Of a stretch of DNA of 64,000 nt, positions 48,590 through 62,359 are shown piece after piece. Origin of the DNA: Mobula hypostoma (lineage: Eukaryota); the NCBI RefSeq assembly GCF_963921235.1, contig NC_086118.1, forward strand, positions 25,856,001-25,920,000, written 5' to 3'. The notes below the pieces were generated by a model that searched no databases, was not told the DNA's origin, and saw nothing but the letters and a program-made list of their open reading frames with translations. The translations under genes and the position numbers were made by a program. The stretch's first letter is position 1. Each line of letters starts with the position of its first letter.

Positions 48590-50310
48590 AGGTTCTGATT
48601 TGATATCACCAGCATATGGCGTGAAATTTGTTGTTTTGCGGCAGCAGTACATTGTAATAAGTGGTAATAAAAACTACATATTACAAGAAGTATTCATAGA
48701 ATAGTAAATTAAATAGTAGTGCAAAAAAGAGGGGGAAATACTGAGGAAGTGTTCATGGGTTCATTGTCCATTAAAAAATCTGATGGCAGAGGGGAAGAAG
48801 CTATTCCTGAAATGTCTTCAGGAATCTGTGCCTCCTCCTTGATGGTGACAATGAGAAGAGGCAGTGTCCTTGTTAGAGTGAGTTTTTGGGTAGATGATTC
48901 ATTTACACTTAGATAACTCTGGCCACCAGTCTTCTATTTGACAAAGTACTGTGGATTGAGTTCACAACAATGCATTTCCTAAAAGCTGTGAATATCGGGA
49001 TACTAGCCAGACGCTGCGGATGGAAGTGTGAAGTTTACAGGTAGTTTTGAAGACAGTATTGTCTATACTTCAAAGATATGAATTGTCTTCTATGTTAGCA
49101 CATAAAATGCCAAATAAATGTATTGTGGATTTAACTTGCATTCCTAAAGGCTGTGGATACCAACCCAGACATGTTGGCATCGGAAGGAAAGGATGAAGTC
49201 AGAAGGTGTAATGTTTTGTATGTAGCTTCAAAAGGAAATATTGTCTATGCATTGTCTATAACTTTTAAAATAGCAATTGCCCTTTTGTGTTTAACATATA
49301 AATATCGAGCCCACATTGGGCTAGCAGACCTTTCTACTGAAAGCGTCTCCGTCCATATGATACCTGCTGTACCTTGTTGTGTCGAATAAAGAAGCTGCTT
49401 TGTATCTACCAGTGACCCTATCTCTCCGGTGATTTCATCCACGCTACAACAGTCCCGATGAGGGTTCTTAATGATGGATGCTGCCTTTTTGAGGCATCGG
49501 CTTTAAAAGATGTCCTGGATGCCGGGGAGACTGGTGCCCATGATACAGTGTCTTAGTTTACAGCTTTCTGCAGGTTTTTCTGATCAGATGGTGATGCAAC
49601 CAGTTAGAATGCTCTCCATAGTACATCTATAGAAATTTGTGTGTGCCTTTGGTTATACACTGATTCTCCTCGAACTTCTAATGAAATATAGCTGCTGTTG
49701 TGCTTTCTTTGTAATTACATTAATGTTCGGCCCAGGATATATCTTCAGAGATGTTAACACCCAGGAACTTGAAACTGCTCACCCTTTCCACTTCTGATCC
49801 CTCGAAGAGGACCGGTGTATGTTCCCTTGACTTCCCCTTCCCGAAGTCCACAATCAATTCCTTGGTCTTACTGACAATGAGTGTAAGTGTATTGCTGCAA
49901 CACCACTCAGCCAGCAGATCCATCTTGTCCTGCATGCCTTCTTGTCACCATTTGAAATTCTGCCAACAATAGTTATATCATCAGCAAATTTTGAGATGGC
50001 ATTCGAGCTGTGCCTAGCCACATGATTGTGGATGTAGAGAGAGTAGAACAGTGGGCTAAGCATGCATCCTTGAGGTGTGCCAGTACTGTCTGTTGGCGAG
50101 GAGGAGAAGTTATTTTCGATCTGCAGAGACTGTGGTCTCTTGTTGAAGCAGCCAAGGGTTCATTTGCAGTGGGAGCTACAGAAGCCCAGGTTTTGGAGCT
50201 TTTTGATTAGAAACGAGCGATTGATTGTAGTGAACACTGAGCTATAGTCAATAAATAGCAGCTTGACTTAAATATTACTATTGACCAGGTGATCCAAGAC
50301 TGAATGGGGA
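48590..50310 (-). mobile_element. Rex1/Babar-type LINE RT/3' fragment interrupted by a solo LTR
   Basis: LSPLFYSLY..ISKFADDITIVGRI and SKTKELIVDF..SFKFLGVNISED on the minus strand. Confidence 0.85.
48871..49451 (+). mobile_element. Solo LTR, 581 bp
   Basis: TGTT...AACA ends; flanks GTCCT (48866-48870) and GTCCC (49452-49456); TATAAATA near 49298 and AATAAA at 49385-49390. It splits otherwise contiguous LINE sequence. Confidence 0.8.
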
Positions 50311-50319
50311 CCCTCCATT

Positions 50320-50950
50320 GTTCAGGGATGACCATGGATGTTGCGATCTAGCTGTCTACGTGATATGCAAGTCATTGTTGAACTCAGTGTAGGATTGCCC
50401 TAGGGCCATGGACCAATACATTACCGCGAAGAATGCAGCGGTGCACCAGATCTGGGCCGACATTTACGTGCCGGGCAGCACCTAATTAATTAGCTTGTTT
50501 ATTTTGGCTTTTTTCTTAAAGACGTGCTGGGTGCGTTCCGGCCACCACTGCATTCCTTGCAGCACTGTATCGGTTCGCGGCCCGGAGGTTGAGGACCACT
50601 GCCCTAGGGACTCCAGCTCCAGAATTTTCTTCAGTGTTTGCTTCCAGTACCTTCCCCATGAGGGGGTATAGCCGGAAAGCAGTGGAGGCTTGAGCTAAGT
50701 TTTCCTTCTCCTAGATGAGCTGCCAACCATAGCTGACGAGCCCCATCTACCTGAAGAAACTACCTGAGGTAGTTACCTGCCTTTGTCCCTCCTTCTGTTG
50801 ATAGAAACAGTTCCACCGGGCTTAGTAGCTAAGCCACATGTGAAGGCCAGGAGCTGGACTTGGTTGTCAGAGGCTATTTGAGATGCACGCCATTGGGAAT
50901 ATTTAATAGGCAGTGGGAGCTTATACCCAAAATGTCCCCCAACTATGACA
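50320..50950 (-). mobile_element. RTE-related non-autonomous element
   Basis: TTTTCCTTCTCCTAGATGAGCTGCC...GCTGACGAGCCC resembles reverse-complemented RTE 5'UTR motifs. Boundaries approximate. Confidence 0.45.
50406..50601. mobile_element. hAT MITE lacking its left TIR
   Basis: Right end GGTTGAGGACCACTG; CCCTAGGG at 50398-50405 and 50602-50609; imperfect internal inverted repeat. Confidence 0.65.
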
Positions 50951-50971
50951 ACCTAGAATGAACTACGTCAT

Positions 50972-51180
50972 AGCAACACACACAAAATGCTGGAGGAACT
51001 CAGCAGCCCAGGCAGCATCGATGGAAAGAGTACGGTCGATGTTTTGGACCAAAACTCTTTGGCAGGCCCGAAACGTCGACTGTACTCTTTTTCATAGATG
51101 CCGACTGGCCTGCTGAGTTCTTCCAGCATTATGTCTGTGTTGCTCGAATTTCCAGCATCTGCAGATTTTCTCTTGTTTGT
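50972..51180. mobile_element. Short fold-back element made only of PLE termini, 209 bp
   Basis: Perfect 16-bp TSD GAATGAACTACGTCAT at 50956-50971 and 51181-51196; an inverted terminus is joined to a direct terminus within the hammerhead motif (~51064). Confidence 0.9.
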
Positions 51181-52641
51181 GAATGAACTACGTCATTGTG
51201 GAAAATGGCAAATTAAAATATTCTGAGGTAGTTTCACGTGTACTGCATTGCATCATTAATGGTCAGAACATAGATTTCATTGCATAGAATTGTACAGTAG
51301 AGAAGGAGACCCTCAGGTCTACATAAATTTCCTCCCAAAATTTGTATTTAAATCTTCAATTGGAAACATGTTTTGCTAAACTGCAATTTAATTTCTATTA
51401 TTATTTCTTTAATGTTTTCAATTCCTCTATAACTATTCACAATTAGAATGTGAAAAGGCCAAATGGTAAAAAGATACCAAGATCAGCATTCATAAAGTTC
51501 CTAAAAATAATGGAAAAGATAAACAAAAGTAAGGTTTTATATTTCAGAGGGAGTAGGAAGCGGTGGAGAGAACAAAGGCAGCGAGTGGTTCTGGTACAGA
51601 TCTAAAGGTGATAAATTGTTGCTAAAGTTATCTGATAGGTTAAGAAGGGAAGTGAGAGAGATAAAACAAAGGAACATGTAAAAACTTGTAAAACGTTGGT
51701 CACAGTTCAAAGAAACAGTTTAGTTTTATATTGAGTCCGGAAGCTGCAACCTGCCCAAATGGAGCTGAGGTTTCTTAAACCTACAAAGTGCAGGAGGCCA
51801 CAGACATATTGATTAGAATTTGTTTTGGATTCTGCCCTTTCCCTTCCAGTCCTGATGAAGGGTCTTGGCCTAAAACTGTTGACTGTTCATTTCCCTCCAT
51901 ACAGTACATTAAAAGATAAAGAGAACATTGCTTAACTTTGACTGGCTACTTGAATGAAGCATTTATTTCTGTAGCCCATTAATTTGACCTAATGGCACAT
52001 ATTTTCTATGTTGAAATTATGCACAATACCTGGGGTAAATTGTGCATGGAATCATTTCTGGATTAAATAGTACTATCAGGGAAAAGATCTGAGCAATTAC
52101 ATGCATGATTCATCTTAACACAGTATGTATATTGCTCCACTTTTGCACCCAATTCCATAATCATGAGGGGATTGGTCATTTCCATAAATCACCAACATAA
52201 ATATAGCACAAAGGGAATCTACAACCTTCTTCTCTTAGTCACTAAGTGATAAACAATGCCTTCTTACATTGGTGGAGACTTGAATTAAAGGGTCACTAGT
52301 AACTTTAGTCTTAGCATCTGCCAGACTAATTATTAATTACTCTATATAAATGGAGAACTATCACTGATGAATGTAGCATTTTGCATTATGTACCTGAAAA
52401 GTAAAGACCCTTCATCAGGACTGGAAGTAAGGGGGTAGAAGCCAGAATAAATCCTGATGAATATGTTTGCAGCCTCTTGCACTTTTCAAAGGTGATGACT
52501 GTTCTGGAGTTAGTGAATATTAAATAAAGCATGTGCCAGTCTTCAGTTTTTATTGTGAATTGCAAGCAGTAAAGAAGTTAAAAGCACACCTTTGCTAATA
52601 AACAATACTGTTTGTGGAGCACAGGCTGGCCTACAGACTAA

Positions 52642-53557
52642 GGCTACGTCCACACTAGACCGGATTTTGAAGTCGCTGGTTTCATGTAAAAACAATAGGC
52701 GTCCACACCAGGCATTTTTGAAAATACCTCCATCCACATTAAAACGGGTATTTGGGCGAACCTCCTCCTACTGGGCATGCACAGGACATATCTACAGAAA
52801 ATAAGCGACATGTTTGGTGTCGAATCTCGCTGTGAAAGTGCGCGTTTGTGCAGTTACAGACTAGAAAAACTTAAAAGGAATTGCTGTTGGCTCTCACGCA
52901 GGAGGACTTAAAACTAAAAAAAACAAATACTGGAGCGTATGGAGGCAACCGACGGGGAGTTCACGGACAGTATGATCCCGCTGACGACGAACATTGAAAA
53001 ACTGACTAACTCTGTTGCATTAATAAAGCACCTTGTTAAATGTATAAAACATGTCTGCATCAGAGTTATCTTGTATTTCCATACAATGTTACATTAGGCT
53101 GTTACACATCTATTGTCAGAGAAGTACTTGCATAAATAGGTAAACCACCTTCATACAAGCAAGGACATAAAACAGGGCAAAGTGAGTATACTTATTTATT
53201 CAGTAAGCTATGGGTCAAAGTATTTGGTGAGTACATTTCTAACTCTTCTGGCTTCAGTCTCATTGCCGTCTGTTCTGAAATTGTTAGGTTGTGTGGGGGG
53301 TTGCGTTCAAGAAAACAATGAAATGCCGTGCTGCTGCCATCTATTCCGGCACGCCATGATAGCGTTTTTAAAAATATCCGTTTACCCTGTCCACACTGCT
53401 CTGCACAATCAGCGTTTTCAATTTACACACTCTGGAGGGCGTTTTAGAAAATCTCCGTTTTTGGGGGAGGAAGACGTCGTTTCAGTGTGGACGGAGGGTC
53501 AAAATGAAGAGAAAAAGCTTTGATTACGAATTTATCCGGTCTAGTGTGGACGTAGCC
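52642..53557. mobile_element. PIF/Harbinger non-autonomous DNA transposon, 916 bp
   Basis: Perfect 24-bp TIRs GGCTACGTCCACACTAGACCGGAT (52642-52665 and 53534-53557); TAA TSD at 52639-52641 and 53558-53560. Confidence 0.92.
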
Positions 53558-54099
53558 TAAGATATATGGTTTGCAAAAAGGTGATAATGAGACATCCGCA
53601 TATACATCAGCCAAACATTAAACGAATGGAGTAATGTTAATTGGCCTGCATCAATTCAGGCAACTATGGGTTTAAGTAATTTGCAGCATTGTGACTTCAG
53701 TTAAAGGAAGCTTTCAGACCAGACTGGTATTATCACTTAGCACCTCAAAAAGCTGATCTATCAACAGGTTTGGGTGTCTGGGATCTCTGTCCTCAGAAGC
53801 TTTTAGACTTATTTGTGTATTACTTTGCCCCAGCAAAGGTGTTTGAAATTCATAGGCATTTGAGATTTTAAATATGAAATTTAAAAGAAGCATTGGCAAC
53901 ACAAAATATTGAACACTACAATATTATTGTAGTCATTGAAATTGCATTGTATCACCTAACATTACCACTGATCTTAAGGGTATAAAATGTGATGTACTTT
54001 TAAATTTGTGAGACTCTATCTCCAGAAGACAGTTTGCTGTTTGTGATGTATGAAGATTTCTATATCACCAGCATCAATATCTCTCTAATTACTTTGATC

Positions 54100-55036
54100 A
54101 CTGTCACAACAGTGACGAGTCAGCATACAGGGAGGAGATTGAAAATGTGATTGAGTGGAGTCACAACAACAACCTCTCACTCAAGGTCAGCAAAACCAAA
54201 GAGCTGATTATTGACCACAGGAGGAAGAAATTAGGAATCAATGAGCTTGTGCTCATTATGAGATCTGAGATGGAGAGGGTCAGTAACTTTAAATTCCTGG
54301 GCATTATCATATCAGAGGATCTGTCCTGAGACCAGCACATAAATGTTTTTTCAAAGAAAGTATGGTAGTGCCTCAACTACCTTAGAAATTTGTGCAGATT
54401 CAGTATGTTATCTAAAGCTCTGACGAACTTCTATAGGTGAGCAGTGGGAAGTATCCTGACTGGTTGTATCATGATCAGGTATGGAAACACCAATGCCCAA
54501 GAACAGAAAAGCCTGCAAAAGGTAGTAGATACAGTCCAGTCCATCACATGAAGACCCCCCCCCCGCCGAAACCCCACCATTGAGCACATCTACAAAGAGT
54601 GCTGCCACAAGAAAGCAGAATCCATCGTCAAGAACTCCCACCATCCGAGCCATGCTCTCTTCTCACTGCTACCACCAGGAAGAAGGTACAGGGGTCTCTG
54701 GTCCCATACCACTCAAGTTCAGGAACAGTTATTACCCTTCAACCATCAGGCTCCTGAACCAGCATAGACATCTGCACTCACCACAACAATGAACTGATCA
54801 CTGAACACAACCACTGAACTCACTTTCTAGGTTCCTACAGTTCATGTTTTCAGTTTTATTTACTTATTTTATTATTATTATTTATTTCTTTTTGTGTTTG
54901 CACAATTAGTCAATCTTTGTTTTTCATTGGTTCTATTGAAGTAATCTGTTCTACTGTAAATGCCTGCAAGTAAATGAATTTCAGGGTAGTATTTAGTGAC
55001 ACATATATACTTCGTTAATAAATTTACTTTGAACTT
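54100..55036 (+). mobile_element. Rex1/Babar-type LINE 3' fragment
   Basis: WSHNNNLSLKVSKTKELIID..NFKFLGIIISEDLS; tail AATAAATTTACTTTGAACTTTG. Confidence 0.85.
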
Positions 55037-57768
55037 TGGTACAAGATGCTGCCACATTACATTTACCAGGCTGATCACCTCATCCCAATTATGGTATAGG
55101 ACTTGATCAGGACCTTGGATCTTTGATGGGAATGGAGTGCTTACCACAGACGCTGCTGGTAACTACCACATCCTCCCTTGCTAATGTTCCTTTCTTCTTA
55201 CTATTCATGCAACTGGCTTGAGATTCTTTAAAGTCTCAATACTTTCCCAGTGGTCAGCATAACAACGATACTCAAAGTTGTGAGCTCCAAAAGCACTGAT
55301 CTTTGGCAACTATTCAGCATGGATCTGTTTGAAAAATGTTTTTGCCCAGTTTTGCAATCTTTTACTTACAGGTGACCCACCCACAATGGCATGTGTTTAT
55401 TGCTTCATAAAGATGAAATCTATTTCCTAAGTGATAGTGTCTTAAAATTGTGTTTAGAGCCCCAAGGAGTTATACACGCTAATTATCATAATCAATACAT
55501 TTACAGTTTGAAAGAAGTTGGAATTACCATTATTCAAGGAAAGTGCCTTATAAAATCAGAGTATTAAGAGACTTGTAGCCCCATTTTAAATATCTCAGTA
55601 GTTCTGGCCAGTTAAAATTAGTCTGCTTGATTATGATGGAAGCCTTCTATTTGAAACATTCACTTTTTACATTGAAACATAAGAAAAGATATAAATGCTC
55701 AAGTTTGGAGTATATTAATGAGCTAGTTACATAAGAAAAATTCAATAGGCATTTTGTGGTAGGAACCATTGAAGACCAGTAGATCTATTTGTTCAGTACT
55801 GCTATCTCCATTCTGGCCTAGGATTATCTATTGTTGCAACTCCCAATTGTTACTCTAGGTTTGACTTGTCCAGTCCTCTCCCACTTTCTATTTTTCAACT
55901 CTGCAAAGTTACCTCATTCAAAATTTGTTACCCTTATTTTATTATGCACCATATCTTGTTCTTTCATTATCCCCGTGCTTGTAAACAATATTATTTCCTG
56001 ATCTGACAACACCTCATTTTAATTCCCTTAATGTGCTCATCCTTCCATTTTTTTCTCAGATCCTCCTGCTCTAAAACCATCAGATGTTGGAGCTCATTTC
56101 TGGTCAATGACTTGTGCATCGTAGTTTTTCAAATCCATTTTCCTTCCAGAGTCCTGGCCACAAGCATTAAAATTTCCTGTAGAATCTACTCCTCAACTCT
56201 ACCTCTTCTTTTAAACTTCTTAAACTTACCTCTTTGTCTAAACCTTTTGTTACCAGTCATCTTATCTCCTTATGTCACTTTGTGCAAAGTTTTATGATAT
56301 TTCTCTGAAGGCATCTGGAGGTAGAACACAGAACAGGAACAGGCCTTCTGGCCCGCAATATTGTACCTAACTACTTAAGCTAGTAATTAAATGGCAAACA
56401 ATGTCCATATCTCTCTATAATCAGTAGATTTATGTGCCCATCTAAGAACCTCATAAATTTTCCATCTTTTATTTCCAGGCCTTTTTCAGTTTTTCATGAG
56501 TGGGATGTGAACTTATATTTTATTCAGCCACGTGACTGCTAGATTTGCGACCACTTCTGTAAGCTATACCTGAGACTCCGGGTGATGACAAAACAGACTT
56601 CAACTGTGAAGTCCTGTGAGCTCGATTTTGCTCACAGTCTCAGCCCAAAACATTGATTGTACCTTTTCCTATAGATGCTGCCTGGCCTGCTGCATTCACC
56701 AGCAGTTTTTGTGTGTTGGAAAAATTGCCACTTGGTTTGAGTCATCAGGGACCAATGAATTATGCATTGTGTAACAACCTGGGGGAAGGGGAAGGAGCAA
56801 AACACTTTTTGATGTATCTGAATAGTCCAGCCTTTTGTGGCCTGATCCCTCTGATGCTTTCATCTTCCTCTCACCTTCCTGTGACTGGTACTTGGGAGAG
56901 AGTAGAGAAATTCAAGACCCAGACTTGCCCTACTGAGCTGCCAGGGCTTAAGAAGATGCAGGCAGAGGAAAGATAAGTAAATAAACATTGTGTTTTGTGA
57001 GAATTTTAAAAAAGCAGTTGCTTGATCAGTCTTCCATCTATTGTTTAACCCTATGGCCTTGTGCCCACTGTTAAGTTCTTCCTCCACCCTCTTGGATTGG
57101 TGGAGTGGTTATTGATAGGAAATTCCTGCTATCTTGAGTGTTGGTCTGTCCACATTAACAAATTTCATGATACATGCCGGTGATATTAAACCTGATTCTG
57201 ATTCTGATTCCATGTGTATCAGCATGCAAGTCTGAACTGTGGACCAGATCAGGTTTCATTTTGAAATCTTTTACATCTGTGTGGTACAGCCAGCTATATA
57301 TTTGATATCTAGATGCAGAAAGGGTAACCTAACTCTTCCATAGAGAGGTTTCCTAAAGTGCAATGCTGCACAGTATTATGACTGCTGAAGACCTTTCTGT
57401 TTATTTCATTAAATTTTGTTTTAACGTATAATACTGTATATCAGCTGAAGACTCATGGTTATTAACAAAAGTTACACGTGCTAACAGAATTTCCAAAAGG
57501 GAAGGGGGGATATTATAATCCACTTCATAATTTTGATGATTTTTTTAACAAAACTGAGTGAAAAATGTTATTTAAAATGGCAAATGTAATCTTGGTTTAT
57601 CATCTGATCAAAGGCAGCTTTAACCACAATTATCAACACTTAAGTGGAAGTCAAGGTAGATTACATGTCACAGCAAAAAATAAGATGATTCTTCCAGATA
57701 ACCTGCAAGTCGATTTCATCACACTATCGTTAAATATGTCCTTTTTTTTAATGATAATTTTCACTAAC

Positions 57769-57839
57769 CGAAGATGTTTTTCCAGATAGGTTTGTCTTAC
57801 TTGTTACTTCTGATACGCTTACAGCCAGACAGACAAGAT
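57769..57839 (-). CDS. PIK3R6: PIK3R6 internal coding exon (71 nt)
   Basis: TTTTATTTTGCAG|...TCG|GTTAGT. Reads (D)LVCLAVSVSEVTSKTNLSGKTSS, versus recalled human DHTCLNVNVTEVVKSSNLAGKSFS. Phase 1 to 0. Confidence 0.9.
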
Positions 57840-59875
57840 CTGCAAAATAAAATTGCATTGCACTCTGAGGCTATGAAATTAAATATCTTCAGAAATATTT
57901 TATGGCGATATGTCGTTGATACTCAGTCCATAACATGTTCTCATATGATCTGCCAGACTTCCTAATAATTCTACAATGTTTTCAATTTCTTTTCAATTTG
58001 TGTCATTATAAGATTTCTGCAAATATTGTTCAAAGAACAGTGGCCATATAATCTGGTTAACTAACAATTTAGCTTTTCCAAACCTAATTTTATTGTTTGT
58101 CATAATAATTGTCATAATTATTTTGTGACAAACTTCATATTTCTCTGATCCAAATTTAAATGTTATATAAATAAAATTAGAGTTATAAAACATGATCATA
58201 AATATGTCCTCAACTCATGGTCATTATCTCTAGTGAGATTATATATTGTACCATCAGGTCTGTTTTTCTCTTTGCATGGCTGGGGAAGAGGACTGCAAAT
58301 TAATGTGATTTGAACCAGGAAACCCTATAGTTACTAAACTTCATATCACTATTATATTATTTTATAATTATTAAATGGTTATCTGTTCTATTATCCATGC
58401 ATTACACAAAGACCTCCTGAGAATGCAGAAATAACATATACCTATCACTAAATGGACCTATGGAAGGGTCCAACTTTACTAATTTGGTAACAGTTACCCA
58501 ACCATTTCAGGATTGTTCAGTGTGATAAAGTAGAAGTAAGTTGCACCTAACTATTTAAGGTGTAAAAGATGCAAGAAACGTCTTGACACTTTAATAAAGC
58601 CTGCCCTATAAATCGAATTACATGGCACCATGTTTCAGTTTGTTACCTGTCTCAAATTTTATAATAAAATTCTACAAGTGAACTATGTGAGATCCACAAG
58701 AGTCTACTATTTTGCTTCTGGGTTTGCCATGTACCCTATTGTAATGAAAAAGCCTGGAAATGTATAATGGCTTTCAATAGCATCCACTGCGCAGCGGGAT
58801 TGCACTTCCAGGATTTTAGATCACCTACGCATGGCTCATAAACCACTGAGCCAAGTGAAGACTTTCATGATATTATTAAAGTAAAATAAAATTCAAAATA
58901 AAATTATCAAAGTACGTATATGTTAGCATATGCATCTTTCAGTGCATATCCCAGCACTGGAAGCATTTCTTCGCTAAGTCCACAAATAGTACTGCTCTTT
59001 GGAAACGCTATCAAAAGTTTGTGCAAAATCAGGATTGATTCCTTGACTCTCTCTCTCTACTCTTAACAAGCAATCACAGGAACATACACCGTCCTCCAGC
59101 CATCCAATTGTGCTCTTCATTCAGACCCAAAAGTTGCCTGTTTCCCTTAGTTTCTTTGACTAAGGGCACAGTGGGAAGGCTTTTAAGAGGGGAAGACCGA
59201 TTCCTTTCAGCATGATGCCCTACTCAATTGCAACAGAAATAACAGATTCTCATGCAGGTTGGATCACTGTCACCATTTATTTAATGCACTTTACAGGCCC
59301 CTTTCAATTTCTAACTCCATGTCATAATAGTAACTCTGTTTTAAAAGAGTCAAAATTATTAATCATCAACCCTGTCTCCTTTCATGTTTCTCAGGCAATT
59401 ATAGGGAGTTTGTCACTTGATGCTCAAACAAGATTAGCTTTTGTCAAGTGGGAAGAGCCATCTTCAAGGCAGTAAGTTGATAAGCTGGTTTCTGTTTTCT
59501 TTTAAACCAAGAGGAACACTGGCAACAAACTGGAAATCTTTGTCAGTTTTTATTTACGTATAGTTTTTCATAATCTTATTGTATTTCCCTTTTCTGTACA
59601 GACATTCACAGGAAAATAAAGAATCTCAGGGTAGTATATGGTGACATACATGTACTTTGATAATAAATGTACTTAGTCTTGTTCTCTTTGCTGTTAAAAT
59701 ATAGGCAGCATTTGGAGGAAGTATACAGGGGAAAAATAATTTAAACATAGCCCTAATTTAAAATTAAATAACTGCAGTATCCAAAAAAAGTAGTGCTTTT
59801 TATATTTATACATATAACAAACATTGGTTATCTGCAAACTAAGTTATCACAATTGCTAATGGATTCATGACATAC

Positions 59876-59966
59876 CTTCAGTTCCATTTGAGGGAATTGC
59901 TTTAATTGCTATGCTAGTGCAATGACTTGCAAGTTGTTTTGTATGTTCCCTGTTGCTCAATGCAAT
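59876..59966 (-). CDS. PIK3R6: PIK3R6 internal coding exon (91 nt)
   Basis: CCATTTTAG|...GAAG|GTATGT. Reads IALSNREHTKQLASHCTSIAIKAIPSNGTE, versus recalled human ALLSHRPRE...ILKAIPASDTE. Phase 0 to 1. Confidence 0.9.
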
Positions 59967-60199
59967 CTAAAATGGCAAACGATAAAAAAAGTAATGGATG
60001 TAATGTCTACCTTGAAAGTAAATGCTTTCAATAAACATTAAAGGCAATGGGTTTGATATCAAGATTTTCCTTTTTTCATAGTACTTTGCCAGCCATGTAC
60101 AGTATATAATAAATTCTGCTGAAGAAAAAAACTAAATTTAATTATATCTACTTCATTATATAAACATAAGTTTCTTTATAAATGTGCAAGATAAATCCT

Positions 60200-60750
60200 G
60201 TTTTGACCATGCTTGGAAAATGGTGTTTAATTCTGGTCACTTCATTACAGGAAGGATATGGAAGCTTTAGAGAGGGTGCAGAGGAGATTTAACAAGATGC
60301 TGCCTGGAGGAGAGAGCATGTCTTAGGAGTATAAATTGAGCAAGCAAAGGCTTTTCTCTTTGGAGCGAAGGAGGATGAAAGGTGACTTTATCAGTAGAGG
60401 TGTACAAAATGATAAGAGGCATAGATCAAATGAACAGTCACAGACTTTTTGCCAGGGTCGAAATGGCTCATAAGAGGGGGCATTATATTAAGGAGATTGG
60501 AGGAAAGTATAGCGGGAGGGGGGACGTTAGAGGTAAGTTTCATTTTTACACAGAGAGTGGTGAGAGCTTAGAATGCTCTGCCAGGGGTGGTAGTGGAAGC
60601 AGATACATTAGGGATTTTTAAGAAACTCTTAGCTAGGCACGTGGATGATAGAAAATGGAGTGGGGGGGGAGTTAGATTGATCTTAGAGTAGGTTAAAAGG
60701 TTGGCACAACATCATGGGCTGAAGGACCTGTACTGTGCTATAATATTGTA
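60200..60750 (+). mobile_element. CR1 LINE 3' fragment
   Basis: TTCTGGTCAC..CATTACAGGAAGGAT..GGTGCAGAGGAGATTT; tail GGCACAACATCATGGGCTGAAGGACCTGTACTGTGCT. Confidence 0.85.
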
Positions 60751-62359
60751 TGAAAATATACCATTTTAAATGTATTTACCAACATAAAGCAAGTTAATTT
60801 CAATATATAATTGTAACTAATGGTATTTGTGAAAGCTGAGGTTGTGGAATACCTAAAAGTTGTGGAATTGTAAATTTCTCATATAACTATTTGAATTATT
60901 ACATAAATTCATAAAATACTTTGTAATAAACTTTTTAAAGATTGTTAGGTGTATTTTCATCAGATTTCATTGATCATTGTTTCCTGTTGATGAAGTCACT
61001 TCCTGCATTGAGCTTTCAGCTACGTCTGATTAGCAAGATGCTAGAATTCTGTTTGTGCTTCGATCTGTGAATAAACAGTGTGAGTTTGGATATTCTCAGG
61101 TCATAAACAGCGTTGCTTAAATGCAAGTTTGTTGCCTTCTTGTGCTATCGTTGTATAACTAAGTGACACAGCTTGGGAAGCAATCCATTACTCACAAATT
61201 GAAGCTCCGCTGAGTCTGCCTGACAACCTTCACTACTCCCTTTAAGAGTTCCTACTGGGGGTCTGGCATAATTACATACCAGAAACTGGACCTGCACAGG
61301 AAGTTAGCTATCCACCAGTTTTGGCAAATGCATGATGGTTGATTCCAGTGCTTTCACATGGCCTGCAGAACCCTGAAGGTGCTGAATAAGTGGGTGTATA
61401 CTGCATCCCATTTGGATCAATCAGCATCTATTTGTCACCTGAAAATGTGTGATCCAATTACTTGGTAAAAATGTCCAGTGGCATAATCTTTTTTCTTCTT
61501 CAGAAAGCCCTCCTGCATATTAGTTGTGATGGAAAAATTAAAATGAACACCAAGTAAATGTATGCAGTTAGGATGGAAATGCATCACCTCCTACTAGCCT
61601 TCCTCTTTACAACCATGTCTAAATAAGTATACACAAATGAATGTATTTTAAAGCTAGCTCTATGATCTAAAAAGTGATAGCAGAGTAGGCATGAAGAGCT
61701 GAATGGTTTACCCATTTCCTGTCCCTGTAAACTGTTCAAAATCTAAGCAAAAATGTAGCTGCAAACCGAGTTCCCATCATGGCTGCAGCCCTGCAGAACT
61801 GGTAAATCCATTCTGCCCGTCCTCTGAAATCCTGTTCCTGTGTACAGGCTGTCCATAAGCTGTACATCTGTAAGCTGGGGAGAACCTGTTTTATGTTTGT
61901 ACATTCAAGAATATTGCTTGTTTGAATATTCCTGATAATACTTAACCACACAAGAATATCTGGTGCTCGAGGTAGAAATAGCATTTGCCAAGAGGGTGTG
62001 TTGGATATACAGCCAACACTTGTTATCCCAGATCTTCCACTCATTCTCAATGAATATAACCTAGATTTGACAATATGAATTTAGAATGGAGGGTGGGGGG
62101 AGGAGGAGAGGAATGTACAAATGTTGAAAGTGGCTGCATCAAGAAGCTGGCTTCAGCTATTTGCCTTCTCTCTAAGAGTAGCAAATAACTCCTTCAGGAT
62201 ATGCAGATTGGCAGTTTTATCAATTTTCACTTATCACTTGATTGCTAACTTCAAAACCATACAAGTACATACATCACGTGACAAGATTTCATCACTACAG
62301 AGTTCTTGGCCCTCACCTCTATCTGCAAGGTATTCTGACACTCTGATTAGCTCCAGCAC

